A stretch of 64,000 nucleotides of DNA from Candidatus Eiseniibacteriota bacterium (GCA_963762255.1 CAVXKA010000001.1:1440001-1504000), one strand, 5' to 3'. Numbered from the stretch's first letter, positions 7,238 to 17,915 are shown. The notes: generated by a model from the letters alone, not told the origin. Translations and numbers: made by a program.

Positions 7238-8101
7238 ATGAGAGACGCAAGCAAGCTTTCAAGATGGGTTCGCATTCGCCGGGCGGGGTTGACGGTGTTG
7301 CTCGCCGGACTCCTCGGCGGGTTCGTCGGCGGTTGCGATGAGGACTGTCTCCTCTGCTCGGACTGCGGTTCGCCCAACGCGCCGGTCGACGTCTACTCGG
7401 TGACCGGCGACGAGGAGATCGCGCTCTACTGGACCCCGGTCAACCTGGAGGCCGTGGACGAGTTCGTGGTCTACCGCTCCGCCAACGCGGAAGGCCCTTA
7501 TGTGGAGATCGATCACACCCGGCGCGACATGTTCGTCGACCGCGACGTGCGCAACGGGCGTACCTACTTCTACGCGGTGACCGCGATCGACGCGTGCGGC
7601 TACGAGTCGGATCTCTCTCGCGAGCTGGTCCACGATACGCCCCGCCCGGAGGGATTCGGGGCGCGCCTCGACGACGCCAACGGCGACGCGTACGCGCGCA
7701 GCGGCTGGGACTTCAGCGCCTATCGCGCGCTCGTGTGGGATCACGACGAGACCGATGTCTACTTCGTGATTTCCGAGGGCGTGCCGTTCCTGGTCGCGGC
7801 CGACCTGGCCACCGATATCCAGGACGCGGGCTACACCGACTTCGACGGCGTGGACTGGGCGCCCGAGCGCGGGTGGAGCCCCTCCGGCTCCGTCGAGCTC
7901 ATTCCCGGGCACATGATCGTGGTGTGGACGCGGGACAACCACTTCGCGAAGGTGCGGGTGGAGTCGGTCGGCGCAGGAAGGCTCACCTTCGACTGGGCGT
8001 ACCAGATCGACACCGGCAACCGCGAGCTGGCGCCGCGGCCGGGCAACGGGCTCCGAATTCAGGCGGCTCCGGGGCTGCGCCCGGCGCCGCGGGCGCTTTG
8101 A
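7238..8101 (+). CDS. Lipoprotein with fibronectin type III-like domain
   Basis: Lipobox-like VGGC; P-x-x-V-Y-S-V-T-G-D…LYW…YRS…YFYAVTAID…ES FN3 pattern. Confidence 0.75.
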   Translation: MRDASKLSRWVRIRRAGLTVLLAGLLGGFVGGCDEDCLLCSDCGSPNAPVDVYSVTGDEEIALYWTPVNLEAVDEFVVYRSANAEGPYVEIDHTRRDMFVDRDVRNGRTYFYAVTAIDACGYESDLSRELVHDTPRPEGFGARLDDANGDAYARSGWDFSAYRALVWDHDETDVYFVISEGVPFLVAADLATDIQDAGYTDFDGVDWAPERGWSPSGSVELIPGHMIVVWTRDNHFAKVRVESVGAGRLTFDWAYQIDTGNRELAPRPGNGLRIQAAPGLRPAPRAL

Positions 8102-8151
8102 CGATGAAGAACGGTCCAACGACGTGGCTTTCCACGAGGAGGTATGACGAG

Positions 8152-8784
8152 ATGAGAAGCGAATCGATCCGAAAGGCGACGGTCCTTCTGGTCGCGCTGG
8201 CGGGCATCGCGGTCGTCTCGACCGCGGCAGCCGACTCGCGCGGCGTGAATCGAGTGGAGCCGAAGCTGGTGCGCATGCCGGAGCCCACGTTGGTCCGGGT
8301 GCCGATCGAGGATGTGAATGACCTCCGTGTACGTGTCTGGACGGAGCCGGGAGAGGGGACGATGGTGTTCCCCGGCGAGAGCGTGAAGGTCCGGTTCCGC
8401 GTGGATGACGATGCCTACGTGGTCATCTATGACATCGACACCATGGGACGCGTGCGGGTTCTCTTTCCCGAGGATCCCTATGACGACGGATTCGTGCGTG
8501 GCGGACAGGTGGTGCGTCTGCCGGGTCGCGGCGCCGGGTATCGACTCATGGTGAGCGGCCCCGCCGGTGTCGAGCGCATCGTGGCCCTGGCCTCGGACAG
8601 GCCGCTGACAGGTCGGTGGCAGCGGTTCGCCGACAACGACCTGTTCCGGCAGGACAGTTCCTTGAGCCCACGGTTGGTGAAGGCGCCGACGAGGCCGAAC
8701 CTCATCCCCGTTCCCGTCGATCGCGACGGGGTGGCGAGGGACGAGACCTGGTTCAGGGTGGGCCGGTCCGGCCGGAGCTACTGA
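8152..8784 (+). CDS. Secreted DUF4384-like domain protein
   Basis: RBS GAGGAGG, signal peptide, PGESVKVRFRVDDDAYVVIYDIDTMGRVRVLFP…GPAGVERIVALAS. Confidence 0.75.
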   Translation: MRSESIRKATVLLVALAGIAVVSTAAADSRGVNRVEPKLVRMPEPTLVRVPIEDVNDLRVRVWTEPGEGTMVFPGESVKVRFRVDDDAYVVIYDIDTMGRVRVLFPEDPYDDGFVRGGQVVRLPGRGAGYRLMVSGPAGVERIVALASDRPLTGRWQRFADNDLFRQDSSLSPRLVKAPTRPNLIPVPVDRDGVARDETWFRVGRSGRSY

Positions 8785-8897
8785 CGTGTTGAGGGGTCCG
8801 GCCTCTCCCGCGGCCTCCCCGGGCCCAAACGGGGGAGGCCGGCGCCCCGACTGAGAATGCCCATCGAGGGGAGATCGGCCCCTCCCTCGGTAGGCGA

Positions 8898-8925
8898 GGG
8901 CCCCCGTCCGGGGGCCCGTTTTATT
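8898..8925 (+). terminator. Rho-independent terminator
   Basis: gggccccc/gggggccc stem followed by gttttatt. Confidence 0.65.
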
Positions 8926-9077
8926 GGAACCGAACGTCGGCCCGGGGGGTCTACCCAAAGCCTCCCGGGCCGCTTTGCGTCGAAGCCTGCATGCGGTACG
9001 GTATTCAGTCCCCCGGCCGCATGCCGTGTGCCGGGTGCTTGATCCATGTGCGCCCTGCGCCGGGCCGAACCACCCTG

Positions 9078-12000
9078 ATGAACATCTCGCCGATCTCCCG
9101 CCAGGCTCTTGCCATGCTGGTCCTTGCCGGCGTCCTTGCCTCCGGCGCAGGCCCGCTCACCATCGTCGCCTCCGCGGCGGCATCCATTCCGTCGGCCCTC
9201 TCCGCAGACGTGCCCCGGCCCTGCTTCGTCCCGGCCCATCCCCTCAAGCAGGGGATCGCCCCGCGACCGGAAGCTCCCAGCTCCCCGCGGGCGGGCGAGA
9301 TCGCGCTCAAGGTGGGGGGCGCCTTCGAGCCCTATCACGACGCGCACTTGCGCGAGGGGATTGCGTCGGGTGCGGAGGACGTCACGCCGAGGCGCTGGCG
9401 CATCGCCGCGATTCTGGTCGACTTTGAGGAACAGGAGATGGGCGCTGGATTCGCCGCCGCCCGCGAGGACTCCATCCGGCTCTACTTCGATCGCGCGCTC
9501 ACGCACCTCGACCAGATGTACCGGTCGATGTCGGATGGGCTTCAAGAACTCACCTGGGATATCACGCCGTCGGTCTATCGCATGCCGCGATCCCTGGCCT
9601 ACTACGGCCTTGACGATTCGATCGCCACGCGCGAGGCCGACCTCTGCCGCGATGCGGTCCAAGCCGCCGACGCCGACGTGGATTTCGGCGACTACGATGT
9701 CTACATGGTCTTCCATGCCGGCCCGGGGCAAGAGGCCGACATCTTGAACGATTCGCAGGACCAGATCTGGTCGGTCTTCTTCCGCCAGGTCGACTTCGGG
9801 TTCTGGCTGAACGCACCGGACGCGGAGCGCGGCATCCGGACCGCGGATCTCACCGCGACCGGGGACACTGTCTTCGTGACCCACACCGTGGTGCTTCCGG
9901 AGACCGAAAGCCAGGATGGATACGAGTTCGGGCTGCTCGGCGTGGTCGCCCACGAGTTCGGCCATCGCTTCGGGCTTCCCGACCTCTACGACACGACCGG
10001 CCCCGCGGACTTCATCTACGCCGACAGCCAGGGGATCGGCACCTTCGGGCTCATGGGAGCGGGGATCTGGAACGACAACGGCTTCTTCCCCGCCGAGATG
10101 GAGGCGTGGAGCAAGTTCTACGTGGGGTGGTTGCGCCCGCGGGTAATTCGCCCCGAGGCCGGCGGGGGCGAGCAGATCGTCTCCCTGGAGGCGGCCGAGC
10201 TCGCGCGCCGGGAGGGCGCGGTGCGGATACCGATGGGAGGGGACGAGTACCTGCTCATCGAGAACCGCGTGCGCGATTACAACTACAACGGCATCGTCGA
10301 TTTCACGGACGCGGACGACGACTCCGTATTCGACTTCTGGACCGACGGATACGGAGCCACCGCCGACGGCGGCGACACCGAATTCGACTGGTATCTGCCG
10401 CAGCCGCTGGACCGACCCCGTAACCCGAAGAAGGACGGTTCCGGACTTCTGATCTGGCATGTCGACGAATCCACGATCAGCGACTTGCTCCTCTACAACA
10501 TGGTGAACGCGGACGCGCTTCACAAGGGCGTGGACCTCGAAGAGGCCGACGGCATCCAGGATCTGGACAAGCTCGTGTTCCAGTTCGAGGCGTTCGGCGA
10601 TTCGCGCGATTCCTACTGGGCCGGCAACGCTACCGAACTGACCCCCGCGAGCACACCGCCATCCGATGCCTACAGCGACGCTCGGACCGGGATCTGGATC
10701 ACCGACATCTCGGAGGCGGGGCGCACCATGAGCTTCCGCCTCCGCTTCACCTCGCCCGACGGGAACGCCGAAGGTGACTTCATCGACGGATGGCCGCGCG
10801 ATCTTCCCGGGCTCGTGCGTGACTTCCAGCCGGTGGCCGGCGATCTGAACGGCGACGGCCGGCTGGAGATCGTGTTGGCCGCCACGGACGAAGACGGCAT
10901 CGGAGGGCCGATCGTCCTCGACGCCGACGGGACGTCCTTCCTGCCCGCGGGGGACACGCCCCGTTACTTCAGTACCGGGCGGCTGCACGCCGAGCCGATC
11001 CTCGTGAACATGGACGGCCCCGAAGGGGAATCGGGCCTGGAGATGGTGTGGGTGAGCGGCGACACCGTGTACGCTGCGCGTGGCGACGGCACCTACCTGA
11101 CTGCGAGTGGTGGGGCGAGCCCCGGCCCGGCGCCGTTCTTCGTTCTGAACATGGAGCCCGGTCGCACGCATCTCGTGGCGGACGACATCGACGGTTTCGA
11201 CGGTCGCCCCGAATTGCTCCTGGGCATCCCGTCGCCGCTGCGCCTGAACGCCAACGACCTGATCGCAATCGCCTACAGACCCGGTCAAGGCACGCGCCTG
11301 CGCGTGCAGGCGACCCTGTTCGGCGAGGCCGATCTTCACTCCACCCTCGCCGATCTCGACACCGTGGACGCCGGCTTGAAGGAGACCATCACGAGCGTGC
11401 GGACACCGGACGGCGGGTGGCTGAGCGTGACGCTCCTTGGCGAGGAACTCGACGAGAGCGGGATGTATCCGGTCTGTTCGCTCAAGTACTCGCAGGGTGA
11501 CACGGTCGCGTTCACCGAACCGGTGACCGGCGATCTCAACGGCGACGGCCTCGACGAGATCGTCGTGGGGGACTCGCGAGGCTTCGTGCATGCGCTGACC
11601 GTTCGCTCCGTCACCATCGACGGCATCAGCAAGCTCTGCGAAGCGCGCAGCGCGGCGGGGACCACGGAGAACGACAACGACCTGTTCACCGAGCTGCCGG
11701 GGTGGCCGATCGAAATCGGGACGCTCGCCGACGATGAGTTGTCGCTGGCCGATTTCGACGGCGACGGCCACCTCGAGGTCTTGGCGTTCGGCCCGATCAA
11801 CCGTCTCTACGCGATCAACTACAACGGAACCTTCGACATGTCCTATCCGGTCCAACTGCCCGGAGAGGATCGGTTCACCGCGTCGTTCCTGTCTCCGTTG
11901 TTCTTCGATCTCCCGGGGCTGGTGCGGTCGGAGGGGTTCTTCGCGCTTCCCCTCCCGGACGGGCAGGTCCGTCTGCACGAATCCGGCGAGAGTCCCTATC

Positions 12001-12587
12001 GTGACGTGAGCTACCTTGGAGGCGGCACCCAACGGAGCTATCCGGTGCTTGCGGCCTTCGACCCGCAAGAGGGCCGTGGTCTCCTCACCGTCGAGGACGT
12101 GAACGTCAGTTTCCCGCCCATGATCGCGAGCGGCGATACGTCGCCGGGGATCACAAAGGTTGGACGGGCGATTCTGCGCTCGGTGGGTTCAGGCCCGTTC
12201 GCGCCCGGCGGCTGGCCGGTCTACCGCCATGATGCGGCCCGCACCGGCCGCGCTCTCGAACCGTCGAGCCCCGGACAGGAGCCCGCGAACGGGCTGCTCG
12301 CGGACACGTTTGTCATGCCCAACCCGGCCGCGAGCACCCAGCCCGGCTTCCACTACCGGGTGAGCTCGGACGTGAGGAGCGTGACCATCGAGGTGCACGA
12401 TCTCAACGGAAGGCTGGTGCGCACGATCGACGGCTCGGTGGACCTGCACACCGACAACATCGTGCGCTGGGATCTGCGCAACGATCACGGGCACGAGGTG
12501 GCCCCCGGGCTCTACGTGGCCAGGCTCAAGGCGGAGACGAGCTCGAAAGCGGGAAGCCGGGTCGTGACCTTTGTGGTGCTGCGATGA
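9078..12587 (+). CDS. Secreted M6 (immune inhibitor A-like) metalloprotease with FG-GAP repeats and FlgD/T9SS-type C-terminal domain
   Basis: FHAGPGQE, AHEFGHRFGLPDLYD, LLIENR, GLLIWHVDE, GDLNGDG repeats, MPNPA…WDLRNDHGHEVAPGLYVARL…VVLR. Confidence 0.88.
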   Translation: MNISPISRQALAMLVLAGVLASGAGPLTIVASAAASIPSALSADVPRPCFVPAHPLKQGIAPRPEAPSSPRAGEIALKVGGAFEPYHDAHLREGIASGAEDVTPRRWRIAAILVDFEEQEMGAGFAAAREDSIRLYFDRALTHLDQMYRSMSDGLQELTWDITPSVYRMPRSLAYYGLDDSIATREADLCRDAVQAADADVDFGDYDVYMVFHAGPGQEADILNDSQDQIWSVFFRQVDFGFWLNAPDAERGIRTADLTATGDTVFVTHTVVLPETESQDGYEFGLLGVVAHEFGHRFGLPDLYDTTGPADFIYADSQGIGTFGLMGAGIWNDNGFFPAEMEAWSKFYVGWLRPRVIRPEAGGGEQIVSLEAAELARREGAVRIPMGGDEYLLIENRVRDYNYNGIVDFTDADDDSVFDFWTDGYGATADGGDTEFDWYLPQPLDRPRNPKKDGSGLLIWHVDESTISDLLLYNMVNADALHKGVDLEEADGIQDLDKLVFQFEAFGDSRDSYWAGNATELTPASTPPSDAYSDARTGIWITDISEAGRTMSFRLRFTSPDGNAEGDFIDGWPRDLPGLVRDFQPVAGDLNGDGRLEIVLAATDEDGIGGPIVLDADGTSFLPAGDTPRYFSTGRLHAEPILVNMDGPEGESGLEMVWVSGDTVYAARGDGTYLTASGGASPGPAPFFVLNMEPGRTHLVADDIDGFDGRPELLLGIPSPLRLNANDLIAIAYRPGQGTRLRVQATLFGEADLHSTLADLDTVDAGLKETITSVRTPDGGWLSVTLLGEELDESGMYPVCSLKYSQGDTVAFTEPVTGDLNGDGLDEIVVGDSRGFVHALTVRSVTIDGISKLCEARSAAGTTENDNDLFTELPGWPIEIGTLADDELSLADFDGDGHLEVLAFGPINRLYAINYNGTFDMSYPVQLPGEDRFTASFLSPLFFDLPGLVRSEGFFALPLPDGQVRLHESGESPYRDVSYLGGGTQRSYPVLAAFDPQEGRGLLTVEDVNVSFPPMIASGDTSPGITKVGRAILRSVGSGPFAPGGWPVYRHDAARTGRALEPSSPGQEPANGLLADTFVMPNPAASTQPGFHYRVSSDVRSVTIEVHDLNGRLVRTIDGSVDLHTDNIVRWDLRNDHGHEVAPGLYVARLKAETSSKAGSRVVTFVVLR

Positions 12588-12718
12588 GGGGGCCTGCAAC
12601 TAGAGGCCTTGCATCGGGCACCGAAGGGGCGCGGCCAAGAACGCCCCGATTAGGATAGAATGAGGCGCCGTCGCTCGCGGGGTATGCCCGCGGCGGGACG
12701 CCGCATGGGAGGTTCGGA

Positions 12719-13681
12719 ATGCGTCGACGCGATTGGTTCCCGGCTCTAGGCCTTCTGCTCGCCGCTGCGACTTTGTTTCCGGGTGCCGCGCGCGCCGCGG
12801 ATCCGGGTCTCACCGTGCTCAATTTCCTGGAGATTGGCGCGGGGGCGCGAGCGGCGGCTCTGGGCAACGCCTTCGTGGCGGTGGCCGACGACGCCAGCGC
12901 GACCTACTGGAATCCCGCCGGGCTCCTGGCGATCCGGCGCAACGACGTGCTCGGCACCCATAACGCCTGGATCCAGGATCTGCGCCACGAGTTCGCGGCT
13001 TTCGGCGCGCGTCGCGGGCGACACGCGATCGGGCTCTCCTTCATCGGCCTCTACACGGACGACATCGACGCGCGCAACGAAGTCGGGGACTACGTCGGCC
13101 AGTTCGGTTACTCCGACAACGCCTTCGCGGCTTCCTACGCGTTCCAGCTCAGCGACGCGTTGGGCCTGGGGGCAACGGCGCGCTACGTGCGCGAGTCGAT
13201 CATCGGTGTGCCGGAGATGGACACAGGGACGGAGATCCCGCCGGACAACGTGCTGAGCGGGTGGGCGTGGGATTTCGGGGGCACGTGGAAGACTCCAGCC
13301 CAGGGACTCACCGCGGGGGTGGCGCTCAGGAACCTGGGGGGGCAACTCTCTTACGATTTCAGTGGCGCGCAGAGTTTCGATCTGCCCAGTGCGATGCAGG
13401 CCGGCCTTGCGTTTCGCCGTCCCGATTTCCGCAACGGGGCTCTCACCCTGAGTGCGGATTTCCTGGCCGCGAGGGGCGCCGACGCGTCCATCCGTATGGG
13501 CGCCGAGTACGCCTACCGCGGGCAGTTCCTGGTCGGCGCGGGCTACAAGACCGGCCTCGAGAACGAGAACGTGAGCTTCGGAATCGGCTACGAGAAGGGC
13601 GTCCGCGTGAACTATGCGTTCACACCGCTCTACAGCGATCTCGGCAATAGCCACCGCATCTCGCTCGGTTACGCCTGGTAG
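12719..13681 (+). CDS. PorV/PorQ-family outer-membrane beta-barrel (T9SS shuttle-like)
   Basis: FLEIGAGARAAALGNAFVAVADDASATYWNPAGL N-terminal signature; LGNSHRISLGYAW end. Confidence 0.88.
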   Translation: MRRRDWFPALGLLLAAATLFPGAARAADPGLTVLNFLEIGAGARAAALGNAFVAVADDASATYWNPAGLLAIRRNDVLGTHNAWIQDLRHEFAAFGARRGRHAIGLSFIGLYTDDIDARNEVGDYVGQFGYSDNAFAASYAFQLSDALGLGATARYVRESIIGVPEMDTGTEIPPDNVLSGWAWDFGGTWKTPAQGLTAGVALRNLGGQLSYDFSGAQSFDLPSAMQAGLAFRRPDFRNGALTLSADFLAARGADASIRMGAEYAYRGQFLVGAGYKTGLENENVSFGIGYEKGVRVNYAFTPLYSDLGNSHRISLGYAW

Positions 13682-13700
13682 GCGAAGGGGCGCGCTCCCC

Positions 13701-16700
13701 GTGCGCGGGCTCGCCCCCATCGTGCTCCTCGCCGCGCTAGCCGCGGTCTTCGTCGGCGGCGGCGGGAATGCTTCGACGCCGCCGGAAGCTCTTGTGGCCC
13801 CCTCCGAAGTCCTCGTGTTGATGCGCGCCGCCGGCGAGGTGCCCGGTGTGTCCGGGTCGGCGGGCGAACCGGGCGGCGAGGGCGAGATCCTCGATCGTGC
13901 CCGGCGCGTCGGCGTGCGGGTGCGGGAGCTGCGACCCCTGGTCCCGGCGGGCGCGACCCGGCGGGCCGGTGACGGGAAAGACGTCCTATCCGCGCGGGCG
14001 TGGGTTCTGCGCTACGAAGGGAGCGAGGCTCCGTCGAAGGTCGCGGCGCGACTCATCGAAGACGCCTCGGTGGAGTACGCCGGGCCGAACCACCTGATCC
14101 CGATCGAGGCGGCCGGGCCGCCGGCCCGCGCGCTCGCTCGCGCCGCCGCGCCGCCTGCTCACGCGACGGATGCACCCGACGATCCGCTCTACGATGAGCA
14201 GATCGCGCTCGCCGCGCTCAACGTCCCGCAAGCCTGGTTGCGCACACGCGGCGCGGGAATCCTGATCGCGATCATCGACACCGGCGTGGAGCTGGATCAC
14301 CCCGACCTCGTCGAGCGCATCGCGGTCAACGCGGCCGAGCGTGACGGCCTCCCCGGTGTGGACGACGACGGCAACGGCTATGCCGATGACGTGTGGGGCT
14401 ATGACTTCACCGATGCCCCCGGCCTCCCCGGCATCGGCGATTACCTCGGCCGCGACGCGGATCCAACCGATGACTTCGGCCACGGGACACAGGTGGCGGG
14501 GGCGGCCGCCGCCACCCGCAACAACGGAATCGGCATCGCCGGCGTCGCGCCGGAATCGAGCATTCTTGCCCTGAGAGCCGGACTGCGCACCTCGTTGCCG
14601 TTCCTTCCCGCGCTCTTGCAAGAGGACGATGCCGCGGCGGCGATCCTCTATGCCGCCGACCGAGGTGCGAACATCCTCAACCTCTCCTGGGGCGACGTCG
14701 TCGAGGCCCCGATCGTCGGCGAGGCGATCCGCTACGCGCGCGCGCGCGGGTGCCTCGTGGTGGCCGGCGCCGGAAACACGCCCGCCGACACGAGCTTCTA
14801 TCCCGCCGCGTATCCGGGCGTCGTTTCGGTGGGAGCGACCGACGGGAGCGGCATGCGCGCAGGATTCTCGACCTTCGGTCAGGATCTCGACGTCGTCGCG
14901 CCCGGCACCGGCGTCTACGTGACCACGCTGGGGGGCGGCTACGGTACCGCCGGCGGCACGTCGTTCAGCGCGCCGCTCACCGCCGGGACGGCGGCCCTGG
15001 TGTGGAGCGTGTTCCCGTCGTGGACGGCGGATCAGGTGGCGTGGCGGCTGCGAATGAGCGCCGGTAGTGCCCGCGAAGGATGGAACGGCGATCTCGGGTG
15101 GGGGTTGGTGGATGCGGCTCGGGCCGTCGCCGAGGGCCCGCTTCCGCCGGTAGCGCAGATCGAGAGCGTGCGGCTCGCGGGCGCGCCGGGTGCGTCCGAC
15201 GGCGCGGATGGCGGGACCGGCGGCGTGCGCGTCTTCACCGGCACGGTGGCGAGCGCCGGGTTATGGGATTGGACGTTGTCGGTTGTGCCGTGGGCCGGCG
15301 CGACGTGGGGATCGAGCGCATTCGCCGCCGAGCTTCCCGGTGAACGCGTGCTCGCACGCGGCGTGCGGTCTCAAGCCGTGGCGGAGAGCCTCGGTGCGTT
15401 CATGCCCGAGCCGGGCGACAGCGGGCAGTGGATCGCGCGGCTGCGCGCGCGCCCCAGTGGATTCCCGCCGATCGAAGAGCGCACGCGGTTCACGGTGACG
15501 CCGTCGGTGCTGGATGTGGCGGACGCACATGTCGAGGCGCAGGCGGCGGGGGACCACTGGGAGATCGTGGCGTGGTGGCGATCGCGGACGCCGTATCGAG
15601 GCTCCGCGAGCACGACGCTGTCGGGGGTGGCCGAGGCTGAGGAGACAAGCGTGTCCACGAGCCATGTCGTGCGCATGCACGGCCCGGTGCCCGCGGGCGC
15701 GGTCACGGTGCGGCTGGGTGGGCGCGCGGAGGGGGAGAGCGCGGTGCGGGGTCTGGGGGAACTGACGGTCGCTGTTCCGGCCCGGTCGACCGGGGGCGTG
15801 CTGGAACCCTACCCCGACGCCCCTGCGGGAACCCCGATGCCGCGCGCCGTGAATTGGAGGGGCATCGGCGACCGTGACCTCTTCATGGAATCTCCTCCCG
15901 TCGGGGAAACCTACGGCGTCGTGAAGTGGCTCACGCTTCAGGTGCGAGGCATGGCACCGCTGGAGCGCGCTTCTTCCGCGGGCCTCTTCACCGGAATCCC
16001 GGTGGATGCCGCCGATGCGGACGGCGACGGGTCGGGCGAGTTGGTCGTCTTCAGGTTGGACGGATGGAGCGTGTGGGAAGCGGATGCCTGGAACGAGTTC
16101 CCGATTCGCCGCGTGCACATGCAGCCCGCCGACTCCAGCGTGCCGGTGCGATTCGTTTCGACGAACGGTGGCGTGCGGTTGCTGGTCGTGTCGGGAAGCG
16201 GCGTGCGCATCTATCGCGCCGGCGAGACCGGATACGAGCTTGCCGGCGAGGCGGACGGCAGCGGGGGCGCGTTGAAGCTGCCGGGAGAGGTGGCGGACAT
16301 CGACGGGGACGGCGCCCCCGAGGCGGTCTTCGCCGACGAGTGGGGCGATCTGGTCGTGTTCCGCATCGGCGCGTCGAGCGTGGAGACACTTGCCATACAG
16401 GCGATGGAGCACCCGCAGAGCGGCAAGTTCCTGAAGATCACCGGCACCGCGCCCGCGGAGGTGTTGGCGGTTTCGCTGGAGGCGTCCGGCTCGGGAGCGG
16501 ATCTGGAGTTCGCGCGTGCGGCCGTGCGGGTGTCGCGCCTGGCATGGCAGGGGGGCGGTTTCGAGGAACTGAGCCACGTCGTTGTTGCCGGGCTAAGCGC
16601 GGAGCGGGACGTGCAGCTTCTCGGCGTAGAGCCCTGGAGTGCCTTCCTTAGGCGCGGGCGTCACCTGGATGCCCTCTTTGTTCGAGACAGCCTGGAGTGG

Positions 16701-17915
16701 GCGGGGGAGTCCGATATCTCGTCGCTGGCACGCGTCGATGGCGCGGTGTGCTATGGCGCCTCAGGATTCAACGTCATCTGGATGGGTGGGGCCGCGGACG
16801 CACGGGGCGAAGAGCGAGTCACCACCGGGTTTCTCACGGCACCGCGAACCGGCTTGCGCCCGCCTCGCGTGGAGTCGGCGAGCCGGATCCCCGAGGGGCA
16901 GAGGCTCGTCTTCGCCTGGGAGGGCGAGGGGTGCGACGCCTTGACGATGACCATGACGCGGGCCGGGGCGCCGCCTCGAAGCGTGAGCGTCGAGGGGCTT
17001 CACGCGGTGGACACGCTCGCGCTCGGCGTGACCGCGACCTATGAGGTGAGGAGCACCGACTGCGTCTGGCCCTCGCTCACCGTCACCGCGCTCGAGCCGT
17101 CGTCGCCACCCGCGCTCGCGTGGGACGGGCCGGCGCGCATCCTGGCTTCGTTCGCGAGGCCGCTCGGTGGGGCCCCGCACGATGTGCGGCTGCGCGGTGA
17201 CGCAGGGGACATCCTTCCATCGGTGGTCCAACTCGATCGCTCGGGGACGAGGCTCGTGGTTTCGCTGGCCGAGGGCGTCGTGCCCGATTCGCTCTTCCTG
17301 ACGGGAGCTGTGGACACGGCCGGCCTGCCCGTGGGGGGGACATGGGATCTGGCGATGGCGCTGCCCGATTCGCCCGTGGACTCGACGGTGACGCTCGCCG
17401 AGGTGCGCTACTTGAGGGACGGATCGGGGGCGCGCATCGTGGCCTCGGTGCGTGGCCCCCTTGCCATGAGAGGGCCCTTTGTCACGAGCTGCTCGAGGCC
17501 GTTCCACCTGGAGCCGAAGGGGCATGAGTGGGTTCGGATGAGCGTGCCGGACTCCGGCGAGGTGACCTTCTTCCTGGTTCGACCCCTCCCCGCCGGAACC
17601 TACACGCTCAGCCTCGATCTCGATTGCCTGCCCGCCGGGGTCTCCCCGCTCGGGCTGTCCCGGAGCTTCCGGGTCGGTGCCCTGGTCTTCCCCAACCCGC
17701 TTCGTCTTGGAGAGCCCCTTATCCTGGAGAACGTCTCGCCGGGCTCCGAGGTCAAGATCCTGGACGTGGCCGGGCGAGTACGAGCCTCCTGGCGGGCGAC
17801 CGGGGATCACGATCAGCGCACCCTGGGCGATCTGGCCCCTGGACTCTATTTCATTCGTCTGCAAGAGATAATAGGTGGAAGCGCGACCACCCGAAAGCTG
17901 GTCGTGCTGAGGTGA
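13701..17915 (+). CDS. Secreted S8 subtilase with FG-GAP-like repeats and T9SS-type C-terminal domain
   Basis: Catalytic triad IAIIDTG / HGTQVAG / GTSFSAP; DDDGNGYADDVWGYDF; VFPNP…LAPGLYFIRL…KLVVLR. Start (GTG 13701) inferred. Confidence 0.9.
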   Translation: MRGLAPIVLLAALAAVFVGGGGNASTPPEALVAPSEVLVLMRAAGEVPGVSGSAGEPGGEGEILDRARRVGVRVRELRPLVPAGATRRAGDGKDVLSARAWVLRYEGSEAPSKVAARLIEDASVEYAGPNHLIPIEAAGPPARALARAAAPPAHATDAPDDPLYDEQIALAALNVPQAWLRTRGAGILIAIIDTGVELDHPDLVERIAVNAAERDGLPGVDDDGNGYADDVWGYDFTDAPGLPGIGDYLGRDADPTDDFGHGTQVAGAAAATRNNGIGIAGVAPESSILALRAGLRTSLPFLPALLQEDDAAAAILYAADRGANILNLSWGDVVEAPIVGEAIRYARARGCLVVAGAGNTPADTSFYPAAYPGVVSVGATDGSGMRAGFSTFGQDLDVVAPGTGVYVTTLGGGYGTAGGTSFSAPLTAGTAALVWSVFPSWTADQVAWRLRMSAGSAREGWNGDLGWGLVDAARAVAEGPLPPVAQIESVRLAGAPGASDGADGGTGGVRVFTGTVASAGLWDWTLSVVPWAGATWGSSAFAAELPGERVLARGVRSQAVAESLGAFMPEPGDSGQWIARLRARPSGFPPIEERTRFTVTPSVLDVADAHVEAQAAGDHWEIVAWWRSRTPYRGSASTTLSGVAEAEETSVSTSHVVRMHGPVPAGAVTVRLGGRAEGESAVRGLGELTVAVPARSTGGVLEPYPDAPAGTPMPRAVNWRGIGDRDLFMESPPVGETYGVVKWLTLQVRGMAPLERASSAGLFTGIPVDAADADGDGSGELVVFRLDGWSVWEADAWNEFPIRRVHMQPADSSVPVRFVSTNGGVRLLVVSGSGVRIYRAGETGYELAGEADGSGGALKLPGEVADIDGDGAPEAVFADEWGDLVVFRIGASSVETLAIQAMEHPQSGKFLKITGTAPAEVLAVSLEASGSGADLEFARAAVRVSRLAWQGGGFEELSHVVVAGLSAERDVQLLGVEPWSAFLRRGRHLDALFVRDSLEWAGESDISSLARVDGAVCYGASGFNVIWMGGAADARGEERVTTGFLTAPRTGLRPPRVESASRIPEGQRLVFAWEGEGCDALTMTMTRAGAPPRSVSVEGLHAVDTLALGVTATYEVRSTDCVWPSLTVTALEPSSPPALAWDGPARILASFARPLGGAPHDVRLRGDAGDILPSVVQLDRSGTRLVVSLAEGVVPDSLFLTGAVDTAGLPVGGTWDLAMALPDSPVDSTVTLAEVRYLRDGSGARIVASVRGPLAMRGPFVTSCSRPFHLEPKGHEWVRMSVPDSGEVTFFLVRPLPAGTYTLSLDLDCLPAGVSPLGLSRSFRVGALVFPNPLRLGEPLILENVSPGSEVKILDVAGRVRASWRATGDHDQRTLGDLAPGLYFIRLQEIIGGSATTRKLVVLR

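Noticed and set aside
8778-12068. Long antisense ORFs (1096 aa here; also 1746-3668, 54016-56127 and others)
   Set aside because: Shadow frames opposite well-supported genes, typical of high-GC codon usage.
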